Below are positions 41,964-51,705 of a stretch of 60,752 bases of DNA, piece by piece. The notes under the pieces were generated by a model. That model did not search any database. It saw only the letters and a program-made list of their open reading frames with translations, and was not told the origin of the DNA. Position numbers and translations under genes: made by a program. Position 1 is the stretch's first letter. Every line of letters starts with the position of its first letter. Source of the stretch: an uncultured Glaciecola sp. (GTDB lineage: Bacteria; Pseudomonadota; Gammaproteobacteria; Enterobacterales; Alteromonadaceae); NCBI GenBank assembly GCA_964418575.1, contig CAYQMI010000004.1, positions 1 to 60,752 on the forward strand, written 5' to 3'.

Positions 41964-42770
41964 TTAATTATTTTTTAGCTTTTCTAAAAAGGCGAATATG
42001 TCACTTATCAACAAGTCCGGATGGCTCATAAACGGTGCGTGAGAAGCCTTTGCATAGACAACGCTGTCGCTTCTTTGGTGACACTGAGCTATTTTTTCTA
42101 CAGCACTGTGAGGCACAAGTGAGTCTAAGCGCCCGTATACTCGTAAGGTGGGAATCAATATCTGGCTGACTAGTTCTCGTAAGTCCGTTTCTTGAAGAGT
42201 TTGCAAGCCAAGTTTGAGTGTCCTCGATTTAGCAAGTGCTTTGCTCGTTACAGCAGCAAGCATTTTTTGTATGTCGGTTTTTGCGCTGGCTTGTCCTAAA
42301 TTTTGTATTGCTAGAAAGCGTTTTAAGGTTTTTTGGGTGTCCTCGGCGAGCTGTTTCTGAAAATTGCTGAGCACTTGCGGTTCAATACCGGCCCACTCTT
42401 TTTCTTTAACAAATTTAGGGGAGGAACAAATCGTAATGAGCCCAATTAATTTAACAGATTGCCTGGCTGCCAAGCTTTGCGCCACTAGTCCGCCCAACGA
42501 CCAAGCAATAAGAATGCTATTGGCAGGGAGTTGCTGTTCAACCTTTACCACCATTTCTTCTACGTTATGAGAAGTGACAGGCTCATTTACATTGTCCCCA
42601 TAGCCAGGTAAATCGATAGTGCTAAGAGAGACATTTTCCCATTCACTTTGCGTAAGTTCGACTTGAAGGCGCTCGCAAAAGCTGTCGAATATTGCCCCAT
42701 TCATACCCCAGCCGTGCAGAAATACAAGGTGCAATTCAGAGCTAAGGTTCAGGTTTTTATCTACTTTCAT
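41964..42770 (-). CDS. bioH: Pimeloyl-ACP methyl ester esterase
   Basis: LHGWGMN, DLPGYG, WSLGG, GRLDSLVP, SHAPF; divergent from comF. Confidence 0.93.
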   Translation of the reverse strand: MKVDKNLNLSSELHLVFLHGWGMNGAIFDSFCERLQVELTQSEWENVSLSTIDLPGYGDNVNEPVTSHNVEEMVVKVEQQLPANSILIAWSLGGLVAQSLAARQSVKLIGLITICSSPKFVKEKEWAGIEPQVLSNFQKQLAEDTQKTLKRFLAIQNLGQASAKTDIQKMLAAVTSKALAKSRTLKLGLQTLQETDLRELVSQILIPTLRVYGRLDSLVPHSAVEKIAQCHQRSDSVVYAKASHAPFMSHPDLLISDIFAFLEKLKNN

Positions 42771-42809
42771 TCTTGTATGCTGTCTCCTCAAGATAGGTCA
42801 GAAAACGCG

Positions 42810-43544
42810 ATGCGCTCAATGTATAAATTACAACTGCTACAGATAGGCGCGAAACTTTGCTCAGTAGAGCATAGAAACTGCTATATGTGTCGTCAAGCAA
42901 GCTCCGAGATTGTTTGCCGCGCTTGTAGCATCGACACCAGCTTGGCGCATTTCTCTGTGCCGGGTTTTGATTTGCTGCAAGTGCCAAAGATATCAACGCA
43001 CCTTGTAAGGCCTTACTATCATCATCTATATGCAATTGGCGAGTACGAAGGAGTATTAAAAGCCTTAATTAACCGACTAAAATTTGGTAAGCAAGCTATC
43101 GCCGCTCAGGTACTTGCCCACTTTTTTGTTCAGATAGTGCATCACCGTATTGCCTTATTAGAAGAGCTGCCCGAGGCAATCATACCTGTGCCATTATCAA
43201 AATGGCGCTATGCGCATCGTGGTTACAATCAAGCTCGGCTATTAGGTCAGGCAATCAGTAAGTTAAGTGACTTGCCTTTGTTTGACTGCTTAACCCGGGA
43301 CAGGCATACAAAGGCGCAAAGTTCACTCGATAGAGAGGCGCGACTGCATAATATTGAAAATGCTTTTAAACTTACGAAAGTACTTCCTTATCAACATATT
43401 GCGCTAATTGACGATGTGGTGACTACAGGCGCGACGATAAATAGCGCCTGTAAAGCTATTGTGGAGGCTAACCCCGACATAAGGATTTCGGTTTGGTCGA
43501 TGGCGCTCACACCACCGAAGCAAACCGATGATCAGCAACTATAG
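42810..43544 (+). CDS. comF: ComF/GntX family phosphoribosyltransferase-like protein
   Basis: CxxC..CxxC, PVPL, RGYNQA, LIDDVVTTGAT. Confidence 0.9.
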   Translation: MRSMYKLQLLQIGAKLCSVEHRNCYMCRQASSEIVCRACSIDTSLAHFSVPGFDLLQVPKISTHLVRPYYHHLYAIGEYEGVLKALINRLKFGKQAIAAQVLAHFFVQIVHHRIALLEELPEAIIPVPLSKWRYAHRGYNQARLLGQAISKLSDLPLFDCLTRDRHTKAQSSLDREARLHNIENAFKLTKVLPYQHIALIDDVVTTGATINSACKAIVEANPDIRISVWSMALTPPKQTDDQQL

Positions 43545-46130
43545 TAATGGCGACATATAAATCGCGTTTGCCATTAATTTATTGGTACCATCCCAGTAAC
43601 CGCGGAAGTGAATGTTATCCACAAAACCAATTACTGCGCCACGAGATATTGGACGAACCACAATCGCCGCAGATTTACTGACTAATTCTTCCATTTCATC
43701 AGACGCATAACCTGCAAGCAAAGGCTTATCAACATAGTTTGCAATTTCCACGAAGGGATCGTCGATTGATTTAAGCACGAAGTTACTAGTCTTAAACAAC
43801 GGTAATTGCTTACTCTCATAGCCAAAAAAGAGCGGATGCGACAAATCAATATTGGCCATGAAACTTGCGCCAGCAACACGCTTTTTAGACTCTAAATCCT
43901 GTCGGTCTTTATACTGCAAACCTTCGGTTGGGAAGCTTTGGTCAAGAGTATCGTCAGACAATACCTCATTTTCAATCCAACCCTGTTTAGCAAACCAAGA
44001 CACCGCTGACTTTTGACCAATTAACACGCCACCACTTTTTACCCAGTCTGCAATCGCCGCGGTCGCTGATTTATCCACAGAGCTATATCGACCAGACGCA
44101 AATACGATATGACTGTAGCGCGATAAGTCTATGTTTCCAAGATTGACTAAATCAACTAAGGTCGCAGGTAAGCCAACGCGTGTGTCTAAGTAATGCCAAA
44201 TCTCCCCAACTTCATATTGGTTTGTCCCAATACCACCCACCAATAACACGTCTGGTTTATTAAGCGGTGCAAACTGACGGCTACCTAGGTCGATTCCTGT
44301 TGGAGTAAGGCCAGAACTTATGCTGTGTACTTCAATGCCAAACTCAGTTTGAGCTGCATTTAGCAGTTCTAGTAAATTATTTGGCTGCTTGAGACCGGTG
44401 GCAATCATAATGCTGCCTGGTGCAAAGGTTTGGGTGTCCCCGCTTTGACGTTTTGCAGAAAAGCTGTCGCCAGCGACGCGTATTTGTACGTCTTTTTCTA
44501 GCAGTTGTTGCAACATTGCTGGGGCTTTTGAGCGGTGCCATTCAAATACGTAAGCATAGGCATCGGAGGCAATCTCGTTAGGAGCAAGTGCTTGTTGTGG
44601 GGCTTGGTCAGACAGCTTTATTCTGCGACGGTCTGATTGTTCAACTGCTTGGTACTGTAGGTTAAACGCTAAGCCAATATTCCAGTTCGATACATCGTAA
44701 AAGGTGTTATCCACAAAGCGTGTACGCTCGCTGAACAATGAACGTATTAAACGGTATTGGGCTTGATCCAGCGGAATGTACACGCTACTTTTTGCAGCAA
44801 ATTTTTCATCGTTTAAATCTAGATTATTAGCGAGCGCAGAAAATTCGATTTGATGCGCAGCAAGTATCGATAGCATACGCTCAAAACGGCTATGGTCTTT
44901 GCCCGCACTCACTACATAACCGTGCAGATCATCGTCGTCAATCAGTTGTTGTGTATCTTTATAAAACTGAGCTTGATAGGCCGCAATTGCCGCTTTGTTG
45001 GCCATAGCGCCTGCAAAGGTAGATAACGACGTTGTTACTTGGTTTTGAATCGTGCGTGGGAACTCAACTACACCATTGATTGATTCTTGAGCGTGGCCAC
45101 GGCTGCTAGCCTGCTCAAACAAAATACCAATGCTGCCGTGTGCATCTGGATAAGTTGAGCCCTTTCCATAATAAAAGTCATCGAAAGACTCTTCGGTGAA
45201 ATAGAGTTCTTTATTATTATCAAGCGCTTGTGCGTGGAACTGCGCTAAGGCGTTGGTGAGCGTAACGTTAGTGTTGGGTGTCCACGGGTTTTTACGTGAT
45301 GGGATGCCGGGTTGGAAAAAGAAGGTGCTGTTGGTGCCCATTTCGTGGAAATCGGTCAAAATGTGTGGGCGCCACTGGTGAAACTGCTTAATTCTTGCTT
45401 TCGATTCAGGGTGGGTAAGCAGCAACCAGTCGCGGTTTAAGTCAAACCAGTAGTGATTTGTACGACCTGAGGGCCAGTGCTCTCTATGCTCTCGATGCGC
45501 TGGATCTGTTACCAAGTTGTATCCCTTGTGCATGTTTGCCCACTGTGCAAAGCGCGATAAACCATCTGGGTTTAATGATGGGTCAAGCAATACAACATTT
45601 TCCGCTAACAAGGCTTTTACTTCGTCGCTTTGTGATGCTGCTAAGTGATAGGCAATTAACAAAGCGGCATTGGTACCTGAAGGTTCATTACCATGCACAC
45701 TGTAACCCATGTATATAAACAAGGGGTCTTCAGAGCTTGCTGCCTCGCCTTTGCTGAGCCTTGCCAAGTGGGCCTCGCGCATTTGTTCAACGTTAGCTTT
45801 ATTACCAGCTCCCGTAATTGTCATTAACAAAAGTGGACGCTGCTCGTGGGTATAGCCGGTCACTTCTAAGCTTACTCGGTCTGAGGCTTCAGCCAGGGCG
45901 TGCATGTAACTTACAACTTGGTCGTGGCGAACATGCCAAGTACCTACTGGATAACCGAGCACATCTGCTGGCTTTGGAATGCTACTGTCGTAATTTTGCC
46001 CCTCTGGCAAATATTCTAAATCATCTTCTACTGCGTTTACGCTAAAACTCAATGCAATTGCACATGTCATAGCAGCTAAAAACTTAGCGCTATTAATAAA
46101 TAACGCCGTTGCCTTGCGGTGATTAATCAT
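43539..46130 (-). CDS. Secreted M14-family zinc carboxypeptidase
   Basis: Signal peptide, HGNE, NPDG, DLNRD, DFHEM. Confidence 0.9.
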   Translation of the reverse strand: MINHRKATALFINSAKFLAAMTCAIALSFSVNAVEDDLEYLPEGQNYDSSIPKPADVLGYPVGTWHVRHDQVVSYMHALAEASDRVSLEVTGYTHEQRPLLLMTITGAGNKANVEQMREAHLARLSKGEAASSEDPLFIYMGYSVHGNEPSGTNAALLIAYHLAASQSDEVKALLAENVVLLDPSLNPDGLSRFAQWANMHKGYNLVTDPAHREHREHWPSGRTNHYWFDLNRDWLLLTHPESKARIKQFHQWRPHILTDFHEMGTNSTFFFQPGIPSRKNPWTPNTNVTLTNALAQFHAQALDNNKELYFTEESFDDFYYGKGSTYPDAHGSIGILFEQASSRGHAQESINGVVEFPRTIQNQVTTSLSTFAGAMANKAAIAAYQAQFYKDTQQLIDDDDLHGYVVSAGKDHSRFERMLSILAAHQIEFSALANNLDLNDEKFAAKSSVYIPLDQAQYRLIRSLFSERTRFVDNTFYDVSNWNIGLAFNLQYQAVEQSDRRRIKLSDQAPQQALAPNEIASDAYAYVFEWHRSKAPAMLQQLLEKDVQIRVAGDSFSAKRQSGDTQTFAPGSIMIATGLKQPNNLLELLNAAQTEFGIEVHSISSGLTPTGIDLGSRQFAPLNKPDVLLVGGIGTNQYEVGEIWHYLDTRVGLPATLVDLVNLGNIDLSRYSHIVFASGRYSSVDKSATAAIADWVKSGGVLIGQKSAVSWFAKQGWIENEVLSDDTLDQSFPTEGLQYKDRQDLESKKRVAGASFMANIDLSHPLFFGYESKQLPLFKTSNFVLKSIDDPFVEIANYVDKPLLAGYASDEMEELVSKSAAIVVRPISRGAVIGFVDNIHFRGYWDGTNKLMANAIYMSPLL

Positions 46131-46264
46131 ACATTGCTCTTTTATGGTTATTAATTGTTTTACATACCATTAAAGTGTGACCTAAAACGGCTAAAAAGTA
46201 TAATTTATACCTGAACTTAAGATAATTTAAGTAAAATTATTCTTGTATATATAAAAATTCTATA

Positions 46265-46289
46265 ATACTTGAGTGTTTTACTCAGGTAA
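46265..46289. promoter_or_regulatory. Probable IscR type-1 binding site upstream of nfuA
   Basis: 25-bp near-palindrome ATACTTGAGT-GTTTT-ACTCAGGTAA; nfuA is an established IscR target. Confidence 0.7.
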
Positions 46290-46330
46290 TCTTTGCTATT
46301 ATATGCGCATTAAAGATTTAAGAGGTACAT

Positions 46331-46909
46331 ATGGTTAATATTTCCGAGCAAGCGCAAGAGCATTTCGTTAAATTACTTGCCCAGCAAACTGATGGCACAA
46401 ACATACGCGTGTTTGTGGTCAACCCTGGCACTTCAAAGGCTGAATGTGGTGTATCTTACTGTCCTCCTGAAGCGGTAGAAGAAAGCGATATTCGTTTAAA
46501 CTTCAATGGTTTTGACGCGGTAATTGATGCGGAAAGCGGGCCGTACTTAGAAGAAGCCGAAATTGATTTTGTGACCGACCAAATGGGCTCACAGCTTACG
46601 CTAAAGGCACCTAATGCAAAGGCAAAGAAAATTGCTGACGACGCACCTCTAATTGACCGAATCAACTACATGATTGAGTCAGAAATTAATCCTCAGCTAG
46701 CCAGTCACGGCGGTAACGTAATGTTGGTGGAAGTGACTGAAGATGGCAATGCGATTCTGCAGTTTGGCGGTGGTTGTAACGGCTGCTCAATGGTGGATGT
46801 GACCTTAAAAGATGGGATTGAAAAACAGCTGCTAGAACAGTTTGCAGGTGAGATAAAAGGCGTGAAAGACGCGACTGAGCACGAAGCTGGTGAGCATTCT
46901 TACTATTAG
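46331..46909 (+). CDS. nfuA: Fe-S cluster carrier NfuA
   Basis: [32 protein letters not shown]. Confidence 0.97.
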   Translation: MVNISEQAQEHFVKLLAQQTDGTNIRVFVVNPGTSKAECGVSYCPPEAVEESDIRLNFNGFDAVIDAESGPYLEEAEIDFVTDQMGSQLTLKAPNAKAKKIADDAPLIDRINYMIESEINPQLASHGGNVMLVEVTEDGNAILQFGGGCNGCSMVDVTLKDGIEKQLLEQFAGEIKGVKDATEHEAGEHSYY

Positions 46910-46956
46910 CTCTGAGGTGTTTTTATACTAAGGCGATTGATTAGAAATCGCCTTTT

Positions 46957-48372
46957 TTATGCGCCTTTTTCGCGCTCTGCGGGCACTACAAAGTAATAAA
47001 AATGTGCTCCTAAGCCAAATCCTCGCGCGGCCAGAAACACCAGCATAGCAATCCATAAAGCCTGGTTCCCGAGTGCAGAAAACAAAAAATAACAGGGTAA
47101 AAAGCCGCACAGCGTGCTCACCAGCATATTATTGCGCATCACATGTCCTTTGGTGAGGCCAACATAAACACCATCAAACAAAAAACACCAGTGAGCTATT
47201 ACAGGCAATAGCACAATCAGCCAAAAGTACTCCATCGTCGCATTTACTAATAAGCTCTGATTAGTCAGTAAAGAGACGATAAAATGCCCAGCGAACGAAA
47301 ACATCAGAGTGTAAAGCAAAGCCACAACGCTTGACCAAAAAATGCCCAATAATACCTGCTGAGCTAGACTGGTCTCTGGTAAATCAGGAGCATTTTGAGT
47401 TTGCCCCACTGCATTCTCGGGCAGTGACTCGTGTTTAGGCGCAGCTTCAGAAGCTTCATGTTTATTATCTTGCTCTCCTTTCACCTCTCCCACTAGGGCC
47501 TCAACTGCATTAGCAATACCATCTAAACCGAGCGCAATCAGTGCAAAAAACTGCATCAAAATCGCGTTAACGGCCGCCGCCTGAGTGCCATATTGCGCGC
47601 CTTTTAAAGTTACAAAAGCCAAAGTAAACTGCAGCGCAAGATTGCGTATCAGCATATTAGAGTTAAGCGAAAGCAGGGGCTTCATGGCAGCGAAGTTTAA
47701 CCATGCGCCTAGCACTTTTAATGGCAAGTAGTGCTTATTGATCCAGTAAAGCGAGAGTACTGTCATACTGTACTCAGCTACAAGCGTGCCAGCCGCAACT
47801 CCTTGCACGCCCAAATCAAATACATAAACAAAAGCAAGACTTGCAGCGATATTGACAAGGTTCACCACCACTTGTAGCACTAAGATTAAACGGCCTTTTT
47901 GCTGGCCAATTAACCAACCAATTATCGCCATGTTAATCAGTGCAGCTGGCGCTCCCCACACGCGGACATAAAAGTAAGCCTCAGTGCTTTGGATCACATT
48001 CGCTTCGGCCTGAGCAAACCATAAGCCTGCTTGTAAAAACGGGCTTTGAAACAACAACACCATTATCGCCAATAAAAGTGCTAAAACACAGCCTTGAACG
48101 AGGGTTTTATTGCGCTCACTAGCGCTGCGGGATTTGCTTTGTGCACTCAAACCCGTCATCGACATTTTTAAAAAACCGCAAAGCCAATAAAGCTGCGTTA
48201 AAATCAACGAGCCAATGGCAGCGCCGGCTAAAAAATGCAAACCGTCCATACGGCCCAAAATAGCAGTATCCACCAAGCCCAACAAAGGTGTAGTAATGTT
48301 TGCTAAAATAAGCGGCACGGCAATGGCTAAAAGCTTAGCGTGCGGCGTATAATTTGTAAGAACAGTTGCCAT
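46957..48372 (-). CDS. dinF: MATE efflux transporter (DinF-like)
   Basis: PLILANITTPLLGLVDTA, about 12 TM segments, LDG, FDG. Confidence 0.88.
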   Translation of the reverse strand: MATVLTNYTPHAKLLAIAVPLILANITTPLLGLVDTAILGRMDGLHFLAGAAIGSLILTQLYWLCGFLKMSMTGLSAQSKSRSASERNKTLVQGCVLALLLAIMVLLFQSPFLQAGLWFAQAEANVIQSTEAYFYVRVWGAPAALINMAIIGWLIGQQKGRLILVLQVVVNLVNIAASLAFVYVFDLGVQGVAAGTLVAEYSMTVLSLYWINKHYLPLKVLGAWLNFAAMKPLLSLNSNMLIRNLALQFTLAFVTLKGAQYGTQAAAVNAILMQFFALIALGLDGIANAVEALVGEVKGEQDNKHEASEAAPKHESLPENAVGQTQNAPDLPETSLAQQVLLGIFWSSVVALLYTLMFSFAGHFIVSLLTNQSLLVNATMEYFWLIVLLPVIAHWCFLFDGVYVGLTKGHVMRNNMLVSTLCGFLPCYFLFSALGNQALWIAMLVFLAARGFGLGAHFYYFVVPAEREKGA

Positions 48373-48403
48373 TTGTACTGCTTATTTTGCTGAGGAGGCG
48401 AAT

Positions 48404-49474
48404 TTGAACAAAGTCATTATATCTTGTTTATGCTTGTGTGTTAGTTTTAGCGTAGTGCATTATGCCTTTGCCAGAGAGCAACTACCACCTCAAGTGGTTG
48501 TCTTGCAATATCATCATGTAGATGAAAAAACGCCTTCCATTACGTCAGTTTCGCCAGACGTATTTCGCCAGCACATGCAACATCTAAGTGAAAACCACTC
48601 TGTTATAAGCTTAAAACAAGCGCTTGATGCAATTGAAAGCCAACAGAGTTTACCCATGAACGCGATAGCCATTACCTTCGATGACGGCTACCTAAGTATT
48701 TTTGAAAATGCCCACCCTATCCTGCAAGAATTTAACTTCCCCTACACGGTCTTTATCAACCCCGACAGCATAGGGCAATTAAACAATCACCTGAGCTGGG
48801 AGCAGGTCAAGCAAATGCAAGGCTTGGCTGATTTTGCGAACCATACTATTGGTCACCCTCATCTTTTGGAGAGAAAGAATGACGAAAATGAAAAAGCATG
48901 GTTAGCGCGAGTAATGGAAAACATCATGCAAGCTGAAGAAATGCTCGAAAGTGAATTAGGCTACAGCCTTAAATGGATGGCTTATCCCTACGGTGAGTTC
49001 AATCTTAAGCTAGAGAAGGCTCTTAGAAATGCGGGCTTTATTGGATTTGGTCAGCAATCCGGCGTAGTCAGCAAGATAAACAACCGAGATCCCCTTCCGC
49101 GCTTTCCTGCCGCTGGGCGCTATGCAAATCTTGAAACACTAAAAACAAAAATGGCTTCAATTGCCATGCCAGTTATCAGTCGCTCACCAGCCGACAGCCT
49201 CACCGAAAATGGAGCAAAATTAGAGAGCCTCTCATTTGAGTTAGCACCTAATTCTGAAGATGTGAACACAGCGCAGCTTGCGTGCTATTTCAAAAATCAG
49301 CGCATCATTCCAGAGATGGAGGCTAATACAGTGACGGTAAAACTCGAGCATATCTTCAGTGCGGGGCGAATTCGCGTTAACTGCACCGCACCGAGTATCA
49401 ATTACTCTCCAAGGTATTATTGGTACTCGGTGCCCTTTTTCACTCCAAGGCCTGAGGGCACATTTTTGGAGTGA
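48404..49474 (+). CDS. Polysaccharide deacetylase family protein
   Basis: LQYHHV, ITFDDG, NHT..H, AYPYG. Confidence 0.9.
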   Translation: MNKVIISCLCLCVSFSVVHYAFAREQLPPQVVVLQYHHVDEKTPSITSVSPDVFRQHMQHLSENHSVISLKQALDAIESQQSLPMNAIAITFDDGYLSIFENAHPILQEFNFPYTVFINPDSIGQLNNHLSWEQVKQMQGLADFANHTIGHPHLLERKNDENEKAWLARVMENIMQAEEMLESELGYSLKWMAYPYGEFNLKLEKALRNAGFIGFGQQSGVVSKINNRDPLPRFPAAGRYANLETLKTKMASIAMPVISRSPADSLTENGAKLESLSFELAPNSEDVNTAQLACYFKNQRIIPEMEANTVTVKLEHIFSAGRIRVNCTAPSINYSPRYYWYSVPFFTPRPEGTFLE

Positions 49475-49486
49475 ATCGACTTGAAT

Positions 49487-51022
49487 TTATCGTTGATACT
49501 CAGCCGCAGCGCCTTGAGCAACCTGAGTGTTTAAAATAAATTCACGTAGATCATTGTTCGACAGCTCTAAGTCTTGGCGTCGTAGATACATCATGTGACC
49601 ACTGCGGTAACCTTTAAAGCTTAAACGCTCTTTCATTTTGCCGCTTGGGTCTAATTGCCACATGGTGTACTTGGCGTCGAAGTAGTTAGTCGCGCCATCG
49701 TAATAACCGGCTTGAATCAATACATTCAGGAACGGGTTTTGAGCCATAGCTAGGCGCAAATTTTCACCAGTATTATCGTCAGTTCTATCCCATGGTCTCA
49801 CAGGGCCAAACATGTTGTACTTTAGGTCAGTTTTGTAGTTGAGCTCTTCTCGTAAATAGTAGTTAATCGCGGGCGTAAAAGAGTGAAGCCATGAGGTGAG
49901 CTCGGCCCAGTAATCAGGAGAGTCCCCCGTTTCTTTTTTATCGATACCTAAATAGCGACTGTCTAAGCGCCCTACCGTTTTGCCTTCATCGCGTAGCAAC
50001 TCTTTCCAGAAAAAGCGGGTACTTATATCAAGATTGCTTTGTTTAACCGCCTGCTCCGTAAGCCCAGAAAAACGCGCCACATTTTGCACGGTGCGCTGCA
50101 TTTCCTCTTCACTAATAAAGCTACCCTTGGCAAGAGCAGGTAGGTATTCTTCAATAGTATAAGTTTCTACTTCGTCTAGGACTTCATATAAGTCTTTTGA
50201 CTGCAGATCCGCTGGCAGTCGCTTATGGTGCCAGGCGGTTGCTGCAAAGTAGGGAAGGCGATTCGCAGCTTTTACAGGGCCATCTCGCTCAATGCCAATA
50301 TCGGTAGGTGAAACTAACACCACGCCATTTAAATACATCCACTGACTAATTTGTAACTCTAGTGCTAGGCCCGATACGCGATTTGTGCCATAGCTTTCAC
50401 CAATTAAATATTTGGGTGAGCGCCATTTGTTGTAGCGCGTCACAAAGGTGTTAAGCCACTCAGCCAAATATTTTATATCTGCATTTACCCCAAAAAACAT
50501 GTCTTTTTGCTTATCTTTTGATGGCATATTGCCTTCTGCATCTTTCAACACTCGGCTGTAAGCGGTATTTACTGGGTTAACAAATACAATATCTGCAATA
50601 TCTAACACCGAATAAGGATTTGTTTGTACGCCATACGGCTGAACTGGATAGCCTTCGTCGTTTATATTTAGAATACGCGGACCGGTATACGCTACATGCA
50701 TCCACACCGAGGCTGAACCAGGGCCACCATTGAACGAAATCAACAGCGGACGCTCCTCACTGTTTTTCGTATCGGTACGCTGATAGAAGGTGTAAAACAA
50801 AGAAGCAACAGGAACGCCTTCATCATTCCAAACAGGCTGTGTCCCGGTCGTGGCTGAATAACTCACGCGCTTGCCGTTAATCTCGGTTTTATGTTCGGTA
50901 ACAACCGCCGACTCAACTTCAATTTCACGACTTTGTGAAGACGCATTTGAAACAAGTAATAAAGAAAAGACAATCGCCGATAACCCGCGTAGGCTAAGTT
51001 TTTGTAAAGCAGAAAGTTGCAT
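49487..51022 (-). CDS. S10-family serine carboxypeptidase
   Basis: FNGGPGS, GESYG, SGHM; signal peptide. Confidence 0.9.
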   Translation of the reverse strand: MQLSALQKLSLRGLSAIVFSLLLVSNASSQSREIEVESAVVTEHKTEINGKRVSYSATTGTQPVWNDEGVPVASLFYTFYQRTDTKNSEERPLLISFNGGPGSASVWMHVAYTGPRILNINDEGYPVQPYGVQTNPYSVLDIADIVFVNPVNTAYSRVLKDAEGNMPSKDKQKDMFFGVNADIKYLAEWLNTFVTRYNKWRSPKYLIGESYGTNRVSGLALELQISQWMYLNGVVLVSPTDIGIERDGPVKAANRLPYFAATAWHHKRLPADLQSKDLYEVLDEVETYTIEEYLPALAKGSFISEEEMQRTVQNVARFSGLTEQAVKQSNLDISTRFFWKELLRDEGKTVGRLDSRYLGIDKKETGDSPDYWAELTSWLHSFTPAINYYLREELNYKTDLKYNMFGPVRPWDRTDDNTGENLRLAMAQNPFLNVLIQAGYYDGATNYFDAKYTMWQLDPSGKMKERLSFKGYRSGHMMYLRRQDLELSNNDLREFILNTQVAQGAAAEYQR

Positions 51023-51087
51023 AAGGCCTCAATAATTTAATAATGGCTACAAGCAATACTCTAACGCAAACTTACTTACAAATGCCA

Positions 51088-51687
51088 TTATTTTACAGAT
51101 AAACTCATCCGCACGAAGGTTTGGCTTGTTGCCCTATATACTTGCTTTTGCTCACCAACAAAGCTCGATCTTTTGTAGAACCCAAGGGCTTCTTTGCTAG
51201 CAGTGTCGACATCTAATACTAAACAATGTTTGTGTAATCTTTTAGCCTCACCAACCGCATGAGCAAGTAACTGCTTCGCTAGCCCTTGGCCTTGCCATTT
51301 TAAATCGACTGCTAAATGCCCAATGCATAGCTCACTGTCCTCGGGTGGGCGGAAAAGCGCTTTTAAATCGTCGTTAATGCTTAAGATATGAACAAGTTGC
51401 TCTGGACTAAGAAACGCCCCTAGACTCGATAAAGTATGCTGATGAAAGCTCTCCGGCATGTTTCGTTGCCATAAGCTCATACAGGCCACTACATTATCTT
51501 CGTGAGTAATAACCTGATGCCTTGATGCACTATATTGACCGTCATCTTGTGTGCAAGCCAACAGCAGATAGTCTAAGGCTTGTTTAGATGAACCGAAAAT
51601 ATAAGGCAGTAACTTATTAGCCGAGAGCAGAATCAAAGGCGCTAAACTGGCTGCGTCTTCTTTTCTGCCCTGCCGGATTTGTAACAC
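51088..51687 (-). CDS. GNAT N-acetyltransferase
   Basis: LAV...WQGQGLA, A.GFY. Confidence 0.85.
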   Translation of the reverse strand: MLQIRQGRKEDAASLAPLILLSANKLLPYIFGSSKQALDYLLLACTQDDGQYSASRHQVITHEDNVVACMSLWQRNMPESFHQHTLSSLGAFLSPEQLVHILSINDDLKALFRPPEDSELCIGHLAVDLKWQGQGLAKQLLAHAVGEAKRLHKHCLVLDVDTASKEALGFYKRSSFVGEQKQVYRATSQTFVRMSLSVK

Positions 51688-51705
51688 GAATGCGCGCTTG
51701 CGGGT

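Larger units (their letters stand above)
1928..45283. repeat. Dispersed motif G(A/G)GGACACCCAA (29 exact GGACACCC cores)
   Basis: + cores start at 1928, 3508, 3551, 3638, 3681, 7087, 7195, 8461, 8849, 9240, 13316, 14249, 23101, 23152, 27366, 32629, 41908; - cores (GGGTGTCC) start at 3786, 11240, 11340, 14510, 15915, 23582, 23624, 33493, 34871, 42335, 44432, 45276. Confidence 0.93.

Noticed and set aside
42810-43544. Motif as a DNA uptake sequence linked to comF
   Set aside because: Multi-frame embedding is similar, but bioH-comF is ordinary synteny, the motif is absent from terminator stems, and it is clustered with facing polarity. Disfavoured, not excluded.
1928-45283. Motif as Chi or KOPS equivalent
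   Set aside because: Those sites are replichore-polarised, whereas orientation here flips repeatedly within 45 kb (17 +, 12 -).
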